64,000 bases of DNA, taken from Chloroflexota bacterium. Lineage in GTDB: Bacteria; Chloroflexota; UBA11872; VXOZ01. A program made the position numbers and the translations under genes. The notes beneath the pieces were generated by a model. The model saw only the letters and a list, made by a program, of their open reading frames with translations, was not told the origin of the DNA and made no database searches. This document shows positions 43,426 to 53,508 of the stretch, in pieces. How positions within the stretch are numbered: the stretch's first letter is position 1; each line of letters starts with the position of its first letter. The stretch covers positions 1,600,001-1,664,000 of the forward strand of contig OY760183.1 in the NCBI GenBank assembly GCA_963663275.1, in the 5' to 3' direction.

Positions 43426-43896
43426 ATGGCACGACGAATTGGAATCTCACTGCTCTTCAGCCTCATCGTGGGACTGGCGGCGGTAACGCCGGCCGCGGCG
43501 TTCTCGTTCGTCGTGGAGAATGAAGACGGCACGCTGACGAACCTGACGCGCGCGCGGCCGCCGGCATTCCGGCGCGATCAATCGACGTACACGGTAACGC
43601 AGGTGGAATTCGGCAACGCGACCTACTATCATCCGTCGCTGCACGGCGGCACCATGGCAAACGGCGAGATCTACGATCGCTACGACCCCATCATCGCCGC
43701 CAGCCCGTTCTTCCCGATGGGCACGGTGGTGCGCGTCACGCGGCTTTCCACGGGCGCGAGCATCATGGTCGTCGTGAAAGACCGCGCCCCGGCGCCGGGC
43801 TTCATGTGGATCGACCTCAGCGAAGCGGCGTTCATCCAGTTGGCGCCGTTCGTTACCGGCCGCTTCGACGTGCGCATGGAGTTGTTGAGCCAGTGA
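43426..43896 (+). CDS. Secreted RlpA-like (double-psi beta-barrel) protein
   Basis: Signal peptide; GNATYY...MANGEIY, PMGTVVRVT, VVVKDR, IDLSEAAF. Confidence 0.82.
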   Translation: MARRIGISLLFSLIVGLAAVTPAAAFSFVVENEDGTLTNLTRARPPAFRRDQSTYTVTQVEFGNATYYHPSLHGGTMANGEIYDRYDPIIAASPFFPMGTVVRVTRLSTGASIMVVVKDRAPAPGFMWIDLSEAAFIQLAPFVTGRFDVRMELLSQ

Positions 43897-43930
43897 TCCC
43901 GGCCCTCGGCGTTCCGCCCGGACTTGCGCC

Positions 43931-44911
43931 GTGAAGAGCGGCGCGTACACCATCGAGCCGCTCACGCCGGCGCCTGAACACGTGGGCGGCATCCGCGAAG
44001 AGCTTAACCTGCTCACCTACGGCCCCAGCGACATCCTGCTGGCCAAAGACGGCGGCGCGATCGCGGGCGCGGTGCGCCTGGCCCTGCGGGAGGACGCCCG
44101 CCGCCGCCACGGCCTCATTGCCGATCTGACCGCGCATGAAGACTATGCGCGCCAGGGGCTTGAGGATGCGCTGATCGCCGCCGCCGAAGAGCGCCTGAAG
44201 TCCAGAGGCGTGACGAAGATCGACGCCGTCGTGCGCGACGGCGAGGGCGCTACCGTGCCCTTCTACGAACGCGGCTACTGGGCCGCCCGCAAGATGGTGC
44301 TGCTCACGTGGGATCTGAACTCCCTGGACGACCTGGAAACGAGCCCGGCCTTCACCATCGAAGAGCAACCCGCTCCCGAGCCGGGGTTTCTCACCGACTT
44401 CGCGCTGAACAGCTACCAACCGTACTGGCGCTGGTGGAAAGAGTACAAGGAAGATACGCGCTGGCATCGCGTGGAATACCCGGCCGAACCGGAAGCGCCG
44501 CCCAGCGCGGCGCTGGCCCAGGAGATGCGCGCCCGCGTGGAAGCGCGCGCCGCCGCCTTTGGCACAACCGCCCCGCAGACGCTCTTTGCCGCGCGCATCG
44601 ACGGCGAGGCGGTCGCGCTCTGCGACGCCAAAGCCGCGGCGGACGACATTACGTTCGATTGGGGCTTGCTGGTGCGCCGCGACTTCGGCGGACGCCGCAT
44701 CGGCTCGGCGCTGCTGGGGCACGCGCTCCATTGGCTCAAGGCGCAAGGACTGGCGTCGGCGCGCATCGTTACTACATCGGGATTGGACGACTACGATCCT
44801 ACCGTGTATCTCTACGCCGCCGCCCACGGCGGCGTGATTCGCGCCGAATACCTGAATCTGGTGAAGCGCAGGCTGTACGGCGGGTCCGCCGGTGACCCGG
44901 AGCGAGGCTAG
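43931..44911 (+). CDS. Tandem GNAT N-acetyltransferase
   Basis: YARQGL..LI, FYERG, FGGRRIGSALL acetyl-CoA-binding motifs. Confidence 0.8.
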   Translation: MKSGAYTIEPLTPAPEHVGGIREELNLLTYGPSDILLAKDGGAIAGAVRLALREDARRRHGLIADLTAHEDYARQGLEDALIAAAEERLKSRGVTKIDAVVRDGEGATVPFYERGYWAARKMVLLTWDLNSLDDLETSPAFTIEEQPAPEPGFLTDFALNSYQPYWRWWKEYKEDTRWHRVEYPAEPEAPPSAALAQEMRARVEARAAAFGTTAPQTLFAARIDGEAVALCDAKAAADDITFDWGLLVRRDFGGRRIGSALLGHALHWLKAQGLASARIVTTSGLDDYDPTVYLYAAAHGGVIRAEYLNLVKRRLYGGSAGDPERG

Positions 44912-44924
44912 CAGTCCAGCACGA

Positions 44925-45053
44925 TTGTATTGATGGGTAGCGTAGGTTTGTAACCTGCGCCATCCTGCCGTAGCGTGGAGCGACCGCGCCAAATCGAGGG
45001 CCTGGGCACAGGTTACAGACCTGTGCTACCGGCAATCCTACCCATCAATGCAA
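44925..45053. repeat. Inverted pair of family-E palindromes
   Basis: ttgatgggtagcgtaggtttgtaacctgcg ... cacaggttacagacctgtgctacc ... ctacccatcaa. Confidence 0.75.
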
Positions 45054-45252
45054 GAGTGTCGAACCACTAGCCCCGGCCAGGCGCTTGCGGCTATGGGCAA
45101 ACGTCCACGCCTATAGGCGAGCGTTCACCCCCCGCGCCGCATATTCACTATTTCCCGAAAGTGTGGTAGTCTAAATCCGAACGCGACGACGCATCGCCGT
45201 ACCGGAATTCGCAGGAACCGCACAGAAACACGCATAGCAGGGAGCGCCCATC

Positions 45253-45858
45253 ATGGCTTTTACCGTGAAAGACCTCAAGTTCGGCAAGGATGCGCTGGAA
45301 GGCATATCCGAAAAGACCGTAACCGTGCACCACGATACGCTCTACGCGGGCTACGTGAACAAGCGCAACGAGATCGAGGAAGGCCTGAAGGGCGTGGACC
45401 GCTCCACGGCCAACCAGGCCTACAGCGCCTACCGCGCCCTGAAGCTGGAAGAGACCTTTGCCGCGGACGGCCAGATTCTGCACGAACTCTACTTCGATAC
45501 GCTTGGCGGCAACGGCGAGGCCGGCGGCGAACTGGCGGAGAAGATCGCCGAGGACTTCGGCTCCTGGGACGCTTTCATCGAGGACGCCCGCGCCTGCGCC
45601 ATGGCCGCCCGCGGCTGGATGGTGACCGCGCTCGACCCCACCGACGGCAAGATCCACAACTTCCTCTGCGACGTGCACAACCAAGGCGGCGTCTGGGGCA
45701 CGGTGCCGCTCTGGACGATCGATACCTACGAGCACGCTTACTTCATGGACTACGGCAGCGATCGGCCGTCCTACATTACGGCCCTGCTGCAGAACGTGGA
45801 CTGGGACGCGGTGAACGAGCGATACCAGGCGGCCAAGGCGTCGCTGGCGGCGCGCTAA
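45253..45858 (+). CDS. sod: Fe/Mn superoxide dismutase
   Basis: VHH, LHELYF, DFGSW, IDTYEHAYFMDY metal ligands. Confidence 0.93.
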   Translation: MAFTVKDLKFGKDALEGISEKTVTVHHDTLYAGYVNKRNEIEEGLKGVDRSTANQAYSAYRALKLEETFAADGQILHELYFDTLGGNGEAGGELAEKIAEDFGSWDAFIEDARACAMAARGWMVTALDPTDGKIHNFLCDVHNQGGVWGTVPLWTIDTYEHAYFMDYGSDRPSYITALLQNVDWDAVNERYQAAKASLAAR

Positions 45859-45910
45859 TCTGGCGGCCTCTCTCGGGCATTCCCGGCGAGTGTGATTACA
45901 ATCGAATATG

Positions 45911-45951
45911 CAATGCAAAGGCGCAGGCAATCAGCCTGCGCCTTTGCATTG
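45911..45951 (+). terminator. Perfect 18-bp stem hairpin downstream of sod
   Basis: caatgcaaaggcgcaggc-aatca-gcctgcgcctttgcattg; no U tract follows. Confidence 0.5.
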
Positions 45952-45997
45952 GGCTGCGCGCGTAGCCCTGAGGCCGAACGGCTGCTACAATGACACG

Positions 45998-46130
45998 GCG
46001 TAGGGCGCACGGAATCGGGGATAACACGATGTAGTGGGGCACGACACGTCGTGCCCCACGCCAAAAGCGAAGTAGGGCGCACGGGATCAGGAATAACACG
46101 GTAGGGGCACGACACGTCGTGCCCCACGCC
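45998..46130. repeat. Duplicated unit of about 70 bp, each copy containing a family-D palindrome
   Basis: gtagggcgcacgg.atc.gg.ataacacg...ggggcacgacacgtcgtgccccacgcca twice. Confidence 0.8.
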
Positions 46131-46166
46131 AGAGTCAAAGCACACGCGGGAAGAGAGGCAGGCGCG

Positions 46167-46958
46167 GTGAGTTTAGCAGCGGATATAGAGGAAACAAGTG
46201 TGCCGCCGGGTTCGCTTGCCGTCTGGAGTCTGGGGCAAGCCGGGTTTGCGTTCAAGTCGAGCCATGGCGCGGTCGTCTACGTCGATCCGTATCTGGGCGA
46301 TGCGTGCAATCAACTTTACGGGCTGGAACGGCTGATCGCGCCGCCGCTGGCCGCGTCCGCGGTGCGTGCCGGCTACGTGCTCGCCACCCACAACCACGCC
46401 GACCACCTTGACCCGGACGCTTTCCCGGAAATCGCCCGCTACAACGCAACGGCGCTGCTCATCGGCCCGTCGTCCTGCACCAATGCCATGCGCGCGCTCG
46501 GCATTCCCGCCAGCCAGACGTATACGCTGAATCACGACGACGTGCTGCACAGCGGCAGCGTCACAATTCACGCCACGTTCGCCAACCACGTCTGGGGCGA
46601 CCCGGACGACGCGCCCGATGCGGTGGGGTATGTCATTGACTTTGGAGACGTGCGCGTTTACGTCAGCGGCGATACGCTCTACCATGAGCGCATGGAAGGT
46701 ATCGCCGCCTTGCAACCGCACCTGGCCTTCATCTGCATCAACGGGCGCTGGGGGAACATGCCGGCGTCCGAAGCCGCCCATCTCGCCACCGTGCTCCGCG
46801 CCCGGACCGCCGTGCCCACGCACTACAACATGTTCGCGAACAATACCGCCGATCCCGCCGACTTCACCCGCGCGCTGGCAGAAGAAGGAGGCGGCGTGCA
46901 GCCGCTCGTTCTCACGCCAGGGCAGGGCGCGCTCTACCCGGAAAGGAACGCCTCGTGA
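46167..46958 (+). CDS. MBL-fold metallo-hydrolase (UlaG-like)
   Basis: LGQAGF, VDPYL, THNHADHLD, YVSGDT, PTHY. Confidence 0.88.
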   Translation: MSLAADIEETSVPPGSLAVWSLGQAGFAFKSSHGAVVYVDPYLGDACNQLYGLERLIAPPLAASAVRAGYVLATHNHADHLDPDAFPEIARYNATALLIGPSSCTNAMRALGIPASQTYTLNHDDVLHSGSVTIHATFANHVWGDPDDAPDAVGYVIDFGDVRVYVSGDTLYHERMEGIAALQPHLAFICINGRWGNMPASEAAHLATVLRARTAVPTHYNMFANNTADPADFTRALAEEGGGVQPLVLTPGQGALYPERNAS

Positions 46959-48238
46959 GCCAGAAGAGAATCCTCAAAGCCGATTGGGCCTTCACCGCTA
47001 CCGGCGCGGACCTGATTCAAGACGCCGCGGTGGTGTTGGAAGGCGGGCGCATCGCGTTCGCGGGGCCGGCGGCGGAACTCGAACCCAACCATTTGGAAGG
47101 CGCGCTCGTGGAGGAGTTGCCCGGCCACACGCTGCTGCCCGGCCTGCTGGACGGCCACACCCACCTGAGCTTTACCGCCGGCCGCCATCACGAGGAAGTG
47201 GTGGACGAGATCAGCCGCGAGACCGATATGCAGCAGGTGGTGCGCACCGCGGCCAACGCCCAGAAGTGCCTGCGCGCCGGCCTGACCACCGTCCGCGACC
47301 TGGGCGGCCGCCGCGACGTGGTGCCCACGGTGCGCGACGCGATCTACAGCGGCCGGATTGCCGGTCCGCGCATTCTCTCGTGCAACGTGCCCATCACCGT
47401 TACCGGCGGTCACATCCACTTCGTCGGCTGGGAAGCCAACGAGGAATGGGAACTGCGCCAAGCCGTGCGCACGTTGATAAAACACGGCGCGGACGTGATC
47501 AAGATCTGCGCCAGCGGCGGCAACATGACCGCCGAGTCCAACCCGCTCATGACGCAGTACAGCGCCGAGCAACTGGGCGTGGTGGTGGCGGAGGCGCACA
47601 AGCTGGACACGCCGGTGGCGGCGCACGCCATTCCCGCCGAGAGCATCCGCAATTGCATTGAGGCCGGTATCGACACCATCGAGCATTGCGTCTGGCTGGG
47701 CCCCGACGGCGGCTACGCCTACGACGCCGGCGCCATGGCCACGGCGGTTGAGAAAGACCTGACGGTGTCGATCACTCTCGCCGGGGTGCTGCGGGGCTAC
47801 CTGGACGACGTGCCCCACAGCGAAGACATGCGCGCGGCCATGAACATCGACGGCCCGCTTGAAGAGGAACGAGTCAACCTCTTCCGCAGCATCTGGCAGT
47901 CGGGCGTGAACCTCATCGTCTCCAGCGACGCGGGCGTGCGCTATACGCCGTTCGACGATTTCTACATTTCGCTGCGCTGCGCGGTGGAGTTGCTCGGCAT
48001 CCCGGCCGCGGAGGTGCTGCTGATGGCCACGCGCAATCCGGCGAAGGGCCTCGGCGTGCTCGGTGAACGCGGCACGCTGGAGGCGGGCAAGGTTGCCGAC
48101 GTGATCGCTGTGGCGGGCAATCCGCTGGCGGACATCAAGGCGATGGCCGACGTGAAACTCACCATCATAGGCGGCACGGTCATGTTCCGCGACGGCATGA
48201 TCGACGCCCCGCGCACTGCCGTCCTGGGAGAGAGCTAA
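46955..48238 (+). CDS. Amidohydrolase family protein
   Basis: PGLLDGHTH, GLTTVRDLG, DVIK, AAHA, TIEH, SSDAG, GTLEAGKVAD. Confidence 0.9.
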   Translation: MSQKRILKADWAFTATGADLIQDAAVVLEGGRIAFAGPAAELEPNHLEGALVEELPGHTLLPGLLDGHTHLSFTAGRHHEEVVDEISRETDMQQVVRTAANAQKCLRAGLTTVRDLGGRRDVVPTVRDAIYSGRIAGPRILSCNVPITVTGGHIHFVGWEANEEWELRQAVRTLIKHGADVIKICASGGNMTAESNPLMTQYSAEQLGVVVAEAHKLDTPVAAHAIPAESIRNCIEAGIDTIEHCVWLGPDGGYAYDAGAMATAVEKDLTVSITLAGVLRGYLDDVPHSEDMRAAMNIDGPLEEERVNLFRSIWQSGVNLIVSSDAGVRYTPFDDFYISLRCAVELLGIPAAEVLLMATRNPAKGLGVLGERGTLEAGKVADVIAVAGNPLADIKAMADVKLTIIGGTVMFRDGMIDAPRTAVLGES

Positions 48239-48256
48239 GCAGACCAAGAGCGCGGT

Positions 48257-48334
48257 TTCGGTTAGCAACTTCGGTTTGTGGGTTCGGTCTGCGGGTTCAG
48301 TCTGCGGGTTCGGTTTGCGGATTCCGTCTAACGA
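48257..48334. repeat. Degenerate tandem array of 6 x 13 bp (ttcggtctgcggg)
   Basis: Units at 48257, 48270, 48283, 48296, 48309 and 48322. Confidence 0.8.
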
Positions 48335-48341
48335 AACTTCG

Positions 48342-48716
48342 CTCCTGTCCCCTCTCCCTCTGGGAGAGGGCTAGGGTGAGGGCGAATCATCAGGATACCC
48401 GTAGCGCGGGGGCTTGTCCCCCGCATCTTGGGCAATACGGTCAACACCGTACCGGACAAGGCGCACAATGCCGTTCCAGATGGGTTTGGCGGACACCTGA
48501 AGAAACGCTCTTGTCTCCTTTCCCTCGGCTGACAAGGGTAGGTAATATAATCGGCATACCGTGTCATTCCGAACGGAGCGCAGCGGAGAGAGGAATCTAA
48601 GGCATAGCCTCGGAAGTTCAGCATTCCAGATTCCTCGCTCCGCTCGGAATGACATTTGCATACTCCTGTCCCCTCTCCCATTGGGAGAGGGTTAGGGTGA
48701 GGGCGAATCATCAGGA
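48342..48716. repeat. Mosaic: two direct family-A copies bracketing a family-B element and a family-C inverted pair
   Basis: ctcctgtcccctctccc..tgggagaggg.tagggtgagggcgaatcatcagga at about 48342 and 48663. Confidence 0.85.
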
Positions 48717-48743
48717 AACAGAAAGCTGAAAGGGCACTGAAGC

Positions 48744-50135
48744 ATGGCGGCGCAGTTGCTATCCGACATTCGTATACGCGAAGTTGAGACCTACTTCACC
48801 GACGAGCGCGCGCGTACGCCGCTCAAGTTTGGCGGGGTCACAATGGAAGAATCCACCCACGTGCGGGTGCGCGCGGCGGTGGAGAACCGCGCCGGGCAGG
48901 TGGCGGAAGGCTGGGGCAGCATGTTCCTGGCGATTGGCTGGGCCTGGCCGACGGACGCCGTGGGCGCGATGGAGCGCGACGCGGCCATGCGCCAGGTTGT
49001 CGAACGCTACGCCAAGTCCCTGGAGGGCCACAGCGGCTACGCCCATCCGATCGACATTGCGCTCAAGACCGAGCCGGCTTTGCTCAGCAACGCCGCCGCC
49101 GCCAGCCGCGATATGCAACTTGCCGAGCCGATGCCGGTGCTGGCCTCGCTGGTCTGCGGTTCGCCCTTCGACGGCGCGCTGCACGACGCCTTTGGCAATG
49201 TTAACGGCATCTCCAGCTACGACGGCTACTCCGACGAATTCATGGCGGAAGACCTGAGCGCGTACCTCGGCCCGGAATTCAAGGGACGGTATCTCGACGA
49301 CTACGTGCGCCCGGCTTTCGTGGCGGAACTGCCCGTCTTCCACCTGGTCGGCGGCCTGGACAAGCTGTGGGAGCGCGAAATCACGGCCGACGACCCGGAC
49401 GACGGCGAACCGGTCTCACTCGACCAATGGATCGCGCGCGACGGTATGTACTGCCTTAAAATCAAGCTCCTGGGCAACGACATGGACTGGGACGTGCAGC
49501 GCACCCTGGACGTATACGCCGTGGGCAAGGAATCGCTGGCAAAGCAGGGTCGCGCGGAAATCTATCTCACGGCGGACACCAACGAAATCTGCGAGACTCC
49601 CGACTACATGGTCGAGTACCTGGAACGGGTGCGGGAGCAGTCGCCCGCGGCCTACGACGCCTTGCTCTACGTGGAACAGCCCACGCACCGCGACCTGGAC
49701 CGAGCGCCCTTCCGCATGGACGGCATCGACAAGCTCAAGCCAGTCATCATGGACGAAAGCCTCTACAATCACCGCCAGTACGAGCGCGCTAAGGAACTCG
49801 GCTGGTCCGGCATCGCGCTGAAGGTGTGCAAAGGCCACTCCCACAGCCTGCTCTTCACGGCGCTGGCCACCCACGACGGCTTGCCCTACACGGTGCAGGA
49901 CCTCACCAATCCCGACCTCTCGCTGATCCACTCGGTGAGTTTCGCGGCGCGCATCAACCCCATGAAGGGCGTGGAGTGCAACTCGCGCCAGTTCTTCCCG
50001 GCCTCCAACGCCGCCGTGGCCGCCGTCCACCCCCGCATCGCCAACGTCCGCAACGGCGTGGCCCACACCGGAACCCTCACCGGCACCGGGCTGGGCTACC
50101 AGGTGGAACGCATTCTGGCACACGCTGGCGGCTAG
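48744..50135 (+). CDS. Mandelate racemase/muconate lactonizing enzyme family (enolase superfamily)
   Basis: LKIKL, TADTNE, YVEQP, IMDES, IALK. Confidence 0.85.
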   Translation: MAAQLLSDIRIREVETYFTDERARTPLKFGGVTMEESTHVRVRAAVENRAGQVAEGWGSMFLAIGWAWPTDAVGAMERDAAMRQVVERYAKSLEGHSGYAHPIDIALKTEPALLSNAAAASRDMQLAEPMPVLASLVCGSPFDGALHDAFGNVNGISSYDGYSDEFMAEDLSAYLGPEFKGRYLDDYVRPAFVAELPVFHLVGGLDKLWEREITADDPDDGEPVSLDQWIARDGMYCLKIKLLGNDMDWDVQRTLDVYAVGKESLAKQGRAEIYLTADTNEICETPDYMVEYLERVREQSPAAYDALLYVEQPTHRDLDRAPFRMDGIDKLKPVIMDESLYNHRQYERAKELGWSGIALKVCKGHSHSLLFTALATHDGLPYTVQDLTNPDLSLIHSVSFAARINPMKGVECNSRQFFPASNAAVAAVHPRIANVRNGVAHTGTLTGTGLGYQVERILAHAGG

Positions 50136-50188
50136 GAACTGAAACGCCCGCCCAGCTTTGTCGTGCGTTCAGGCCGGTTAGGCATTTG

Positions 50189-50947
50189 TCAAAGCGAATC
50201 ACCGCCGTCTACGTCGAGGATCTGCCCTGTGACCCAGGCCGCTTCGTCGGCGGCAAGGTAGACGGCTGAGAGGGACACGTCGGCGGGATGGCCGTCGCGG
50301 GCGAGGGTTGCGGGCGGCAGGCCGGCGTCTTCCGCGCCGCGGGAATCGCCGATTGACCCCGGGCAGATGCAGTTCACGCGGATGCCGTGGGCGCGGTATT
50401 CGCGGGCGAGGGTGCGGGTGAGGCCGACCAGCGCCTCTTTGCCGGCGGCGTACCCCACGTTGGCCTCCCGGCGGGTGCGCGAGGCCGCCGCGACCAGCAG
50501 AATGCAGCCGCCGCCCTGCGCTACCATCGACGGCAACACCGCGCGGGTGCAGTAGTACGCCGTGTCGAGGTTGATGGAGATGAGGTAGCGCCATTCGTCC
50601 GGGGCGGTCTCGTGCAACTTCTGTTCGCCGTAGGCGTAGTCGCCGAGATTGTCGAAGAGCACGTCGATGCGCCCCCAGCGGTCGAGCGCGGCCTGGGCCA
50701 TGTCGGCGGCCCCCTCCGGAGTGGCCAAGTCGCCCGTGGCAATGGCGGCCTCACCGCCGCGCTCCTGGATTTCCCGCGCCAGCGCCGCTAGCGGTTCCGC
50801 ACGCCGCGCCACCAAGAGCACCTTCGCGCCCTCATGCGCAAACCGCAGCGGCGTCGCGCTCCCCATGCCGCCGCCGGCCCCGGCGATTACGGCCACCTTT
50901 CCCGCAAGACGGCCCGTGTTTCCGTTGCCAATGTCGTTGCTCATCAC
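50189..50947 (-). CDS. Short-chain dehydrogenase/reductase
   Basis: AGAGGGMG, YAAGK, IRVNCICPG, WVTGQILDVDGG. Confidence 0.92.
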   Translation of the reverse strand: MMSNDIGNGNTGRLAGKVAVIAGAGGGMGSATPLRFAHEGAKVLLVARRAEPLAALAREIQERGGEAAIATGDLATPEGAADMAQAALDRWGRIDVLFDNLGDYAYGEQKLHETAPDEWRYLISINLDTAYYCTRAVLPSMVAQGGGCILLVAAASRTRREANVGYAAGKEALVGLTRTLAREYRAHGIRVNCICPGSIGDSRGAEDAGLPPATLARDGHPADVSLSAVYLAADEAAWVTGQILDVDGGDSL

Positions 50948-52936
50948 TTATCCTTCCGCTTTGTGGTAGGTGTGCGTCATGGCCGCTTCGGATTCTGCCA
51001 CGCCGGAGAGGACGTCCACGTGGCGTTGGAGGCGCAGGCGTTCGTTCAGGGGGGCGTCCGGATCGGCCAGGGCCTGGTAGACCACCGCGCCCTCGCAATC
51101 GGCGGGCACCGGCAGGCCCATCAGGTGGCAGACGGTCGGCACAAGGTCTTTCAGGCTGACGTTGCGCGCCAGCGTGTGGCCCCGCTTCACGCCCGGGCCG
51201 GAGAGCGCAAAGAGGCCGCGCAGGTCGCCCATGCCCTGGGTAGCCGAGGGAAACTGCGGCCCGTGCTGGGAGCCGTATTCGTCGGCATAGCAGAACACCA
51301 CGTCGCCGGTGGTATCGCCGTAGAGATCCAACATGCGGGCGTCCTGTTTCTTGATGGCAAAGCCGATCGGCTTGAGGCCGGTTTCCGGATCGGTATAGTC
51401 ATAGAGCGCCGCGATGATTTCGTTCTGCACCGAAACGTAGTCTTCCGGCTCCACGATGCCTTGCGGGTCGCGCCCCTTGAGGTTCACCCAGACGTACGAC
51501 GAGCCGCTGGCCGCCGCGCGGGTCTTGGACCAATCCACCTGCCTGCGTCCCGTGTACATGGCAAAGTGCGCCACCGCGTCCGGATCATCCTCTTCGGCAA
51601 GCACGGTCAGCCCGGCGTCGATGAGAATCTGGCCGGGATTGCACTTGTAGCCGTTGGCTTTCGCGCCGTGGTCGGAGACGTAGGCGTAGAGCGTGCGCCG
51701 GGGGGCGGCTGCGGCTATGTCGCCGAAGGCGCGGTCCAGGCTCTCGTACATGCGCGCTTCGACTTCCTGCCAGTGCTTGAGACTGTCTTCATCGCGGTTG
51801 TGCGCCGGATCGACTTCACTGGCGAAGAGGTGGTAGAAGTAGTCGGGCGTGTGGATATGGATGAAGAAGAGGTCCCAGGGCTTTTCGTTCATCAGGTAGC
51901 GGGACGTGTCGGCAAACCACTGGTGGCTCATGTCGCAGAGTTCGATGAAGGTGTCGGCGTCGAACCAGCCCATGCGGAAGGTGCGCAGGCCGAGATACGG
52001 CGCGGGCAGACCCCGGCACTGCCCCTTTTCGAATATCTCGCGGTCCAGCCCTTCCGGGTGAGTCCAGCCGTCCAACTGGCAGAGCGGGGTCACGAAGAGC
52101 GTGGCCGTCTCGCCGTCGGCGGACAGTTCCAGCAGCTTGGCGCGAAAGACCGCCTCGGCCTCGCCCAATTCCGCGCAGGCAAACTCGCGGACGATGTTGT
52201 CCGACCACTCGCCGACCCGCAGCGAGCACATGGCGGCGGCGCGGTCGCGCTGTTCGCAGACGTGGACGGTGGTGAAGTTCCCGTGTTCATCCGCCTCCAG
52301 CAGCAGATGCCAGGTGAGCGGTCGCATCGCGTACTTTGGGTAGCGGAAGCGCCAGGGCAACTCGGCTTCCAGGTATGCCACGCCGTCCTCCAGGCCCTGC
52401 CAATCCTCGGCGTCTTCCACCTCGATCAGCGTGCCCTCCACGTAGTCGCCGGTGGAGAAGAGCGCATCGCCGGAGAAGGTGTAGGCGTGGTGGAAGGTGG
52501 GATGGTCGTGCCATTCGTTGACGGAGAGGCCGTAACCGGCGATTTGCCAGCCGTCTTTCATGCGCGCCGGCCACGACGACGGCCAATTGATGACGATCGA
52601 CCGCTTGCCGGCCTTTTCCGCCGCTTCCCAGAGATACTCCGCCGTGTGCCAGCGGGAGTCGAAGGCGGCGTGGGTCTGGCCGATGGGTTCGCCCGGCCAA
52701 TGGACGTTGAAGTCGGTGAAGCCGGTGCGGCCCGCCGAGGCGCCGGTGGCGATTGTGGTCCAGTTTGGCGGCGTTATCGTGGGATAGGGCACCAGGCAAT
52801 GCTCCGCCCACGCGCCGTTTTCGACGAGTTTGCGCATGAGCGGCATCCGGCCCGCGCCCATGAGCCGCTGCAACGTGGGCAGAATGGGGCCGTCGATGCC
52901 GAATACGACCAGCTTTTCCGGGGGGCGGTAGGCCAT
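50948..52936 (-). CDS. Alkaline-phosphatase superfamily protein (NPP/phosphodiesterase type)
   Basis: FGIDG, PTITPPNWTTIATG (Thr nucleophile), PDYFYH, VSDHG. Confidence 0.88.
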   Translation of the reverse strand: MAYRPPEKLVVFGIDGPILPTLQRLMGAGRMPLMRKLVENGAWAEHCLVPYPTITPPNWTTIATGASAGRTGFTDFNVHWPGEPIGQTHAAFDSRWHTAEYLWEAAEKAGKRSIVINWPSSWPARMKDGWQIAGYGLSVNEWHDHPTFHHAYTFSGDALFSTGDYVEGTLIEVEDAEDWQGLEDGVAYLEAELPWRFRYPKYAMRPLTWHLLLEADEHGNFTTVHVCEQRDRAAAMCSLRVGEWSDNIVREFACAELGEAEAVFRAKLLELSADGETATLFVTPLCQLDGWTHPEGLDREIFEKGQCRGLPAPYLGLRTFRMGWFDADTFIELCDMSHQWFADTSRYLMNEKPWDLFFIHIHTPDYFYHLFASEVDPAHNRDEDSLKHWQEVEARMYESLDRAFGDIAAAAPRRTLYAYVSDHGAKANGYKCNPGQILIDAGLTVLAEEDDPDAVAHFAMYTGRRQVDWSKTRAAASGSSYVWVNLKGRDPQGIVEPEDYVSVQNEIIAALYDYTDPETGLKPIGFAIKKQDARMLDLYGDTTGDVVFCYADEYGSQHGPQFPSATQGMGDLRGLFALSGPGVKRGHTLARNVSLKDLVPTVCHLMGLPVPADCEGAVVYQALADPDAPLNERLRLQRHVDVLSGVAESEAAMTHTYHKAEG

Positions 52937-53006
52937 GAGGCTCTCTTCCTGTGGTTCTTCGGTTGTGTTGATTGTTCCGGGAGGCGGGCCGACAGGGGTA
53001 TGTACG

Positions 53007-53442
53007 TGTCATTCCGAGCGCAGCGAGGAATCTAAAGACGCTGACTTTGCAGGGCTGCGTTTTAGATTCCTCACTTCGCTGCGCTCCGTTCGGAATGACA
53101 CGTGAAGTCGATTATAGAGTACATATCCCTGTCAGCGGGAGGCGGGGGACAAGCCCCCGCGCTACGGCGTTACCAAACCCGTCCTACTTTCATCGCTCCG
53201 GTAGCGCAGGTTTGTAACCTGCGCCGGCCTGTGCGGTCATGACGGCGCGGTTGGTGAGGCGGAGGCGGGGGACAAGCCCCCGCGCTACGAGGTCAGCAAC
53301 TACGCCTTTCTCTTATCCCTCCGGTAGCGCAGGTTTGTGATCTGCGCCGGTCTGTGCGGTGAGGCCGGGGCAAGCGGTGAGCCGGAGGCGGGGGACAAGC
53401 CCCCGCGCTACGCATTAGATTCCTCGCTGCGCTCGGAATGAC
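53007..53442. repeat. BIME-like mosaic: family-C pair, (B+E) modules at 123-bp period, family-C element
   Basis: B starts at 53138, 53261 and 53384; E at about 53199 and 53322. Confidence 0.85.
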
Positions 53443-53508
53443 AGACTGTTACACCAAATGTGTGACAGAGAGGAATCACAGGCAAATGACGGTAGACATC
53501 AACCTTGC

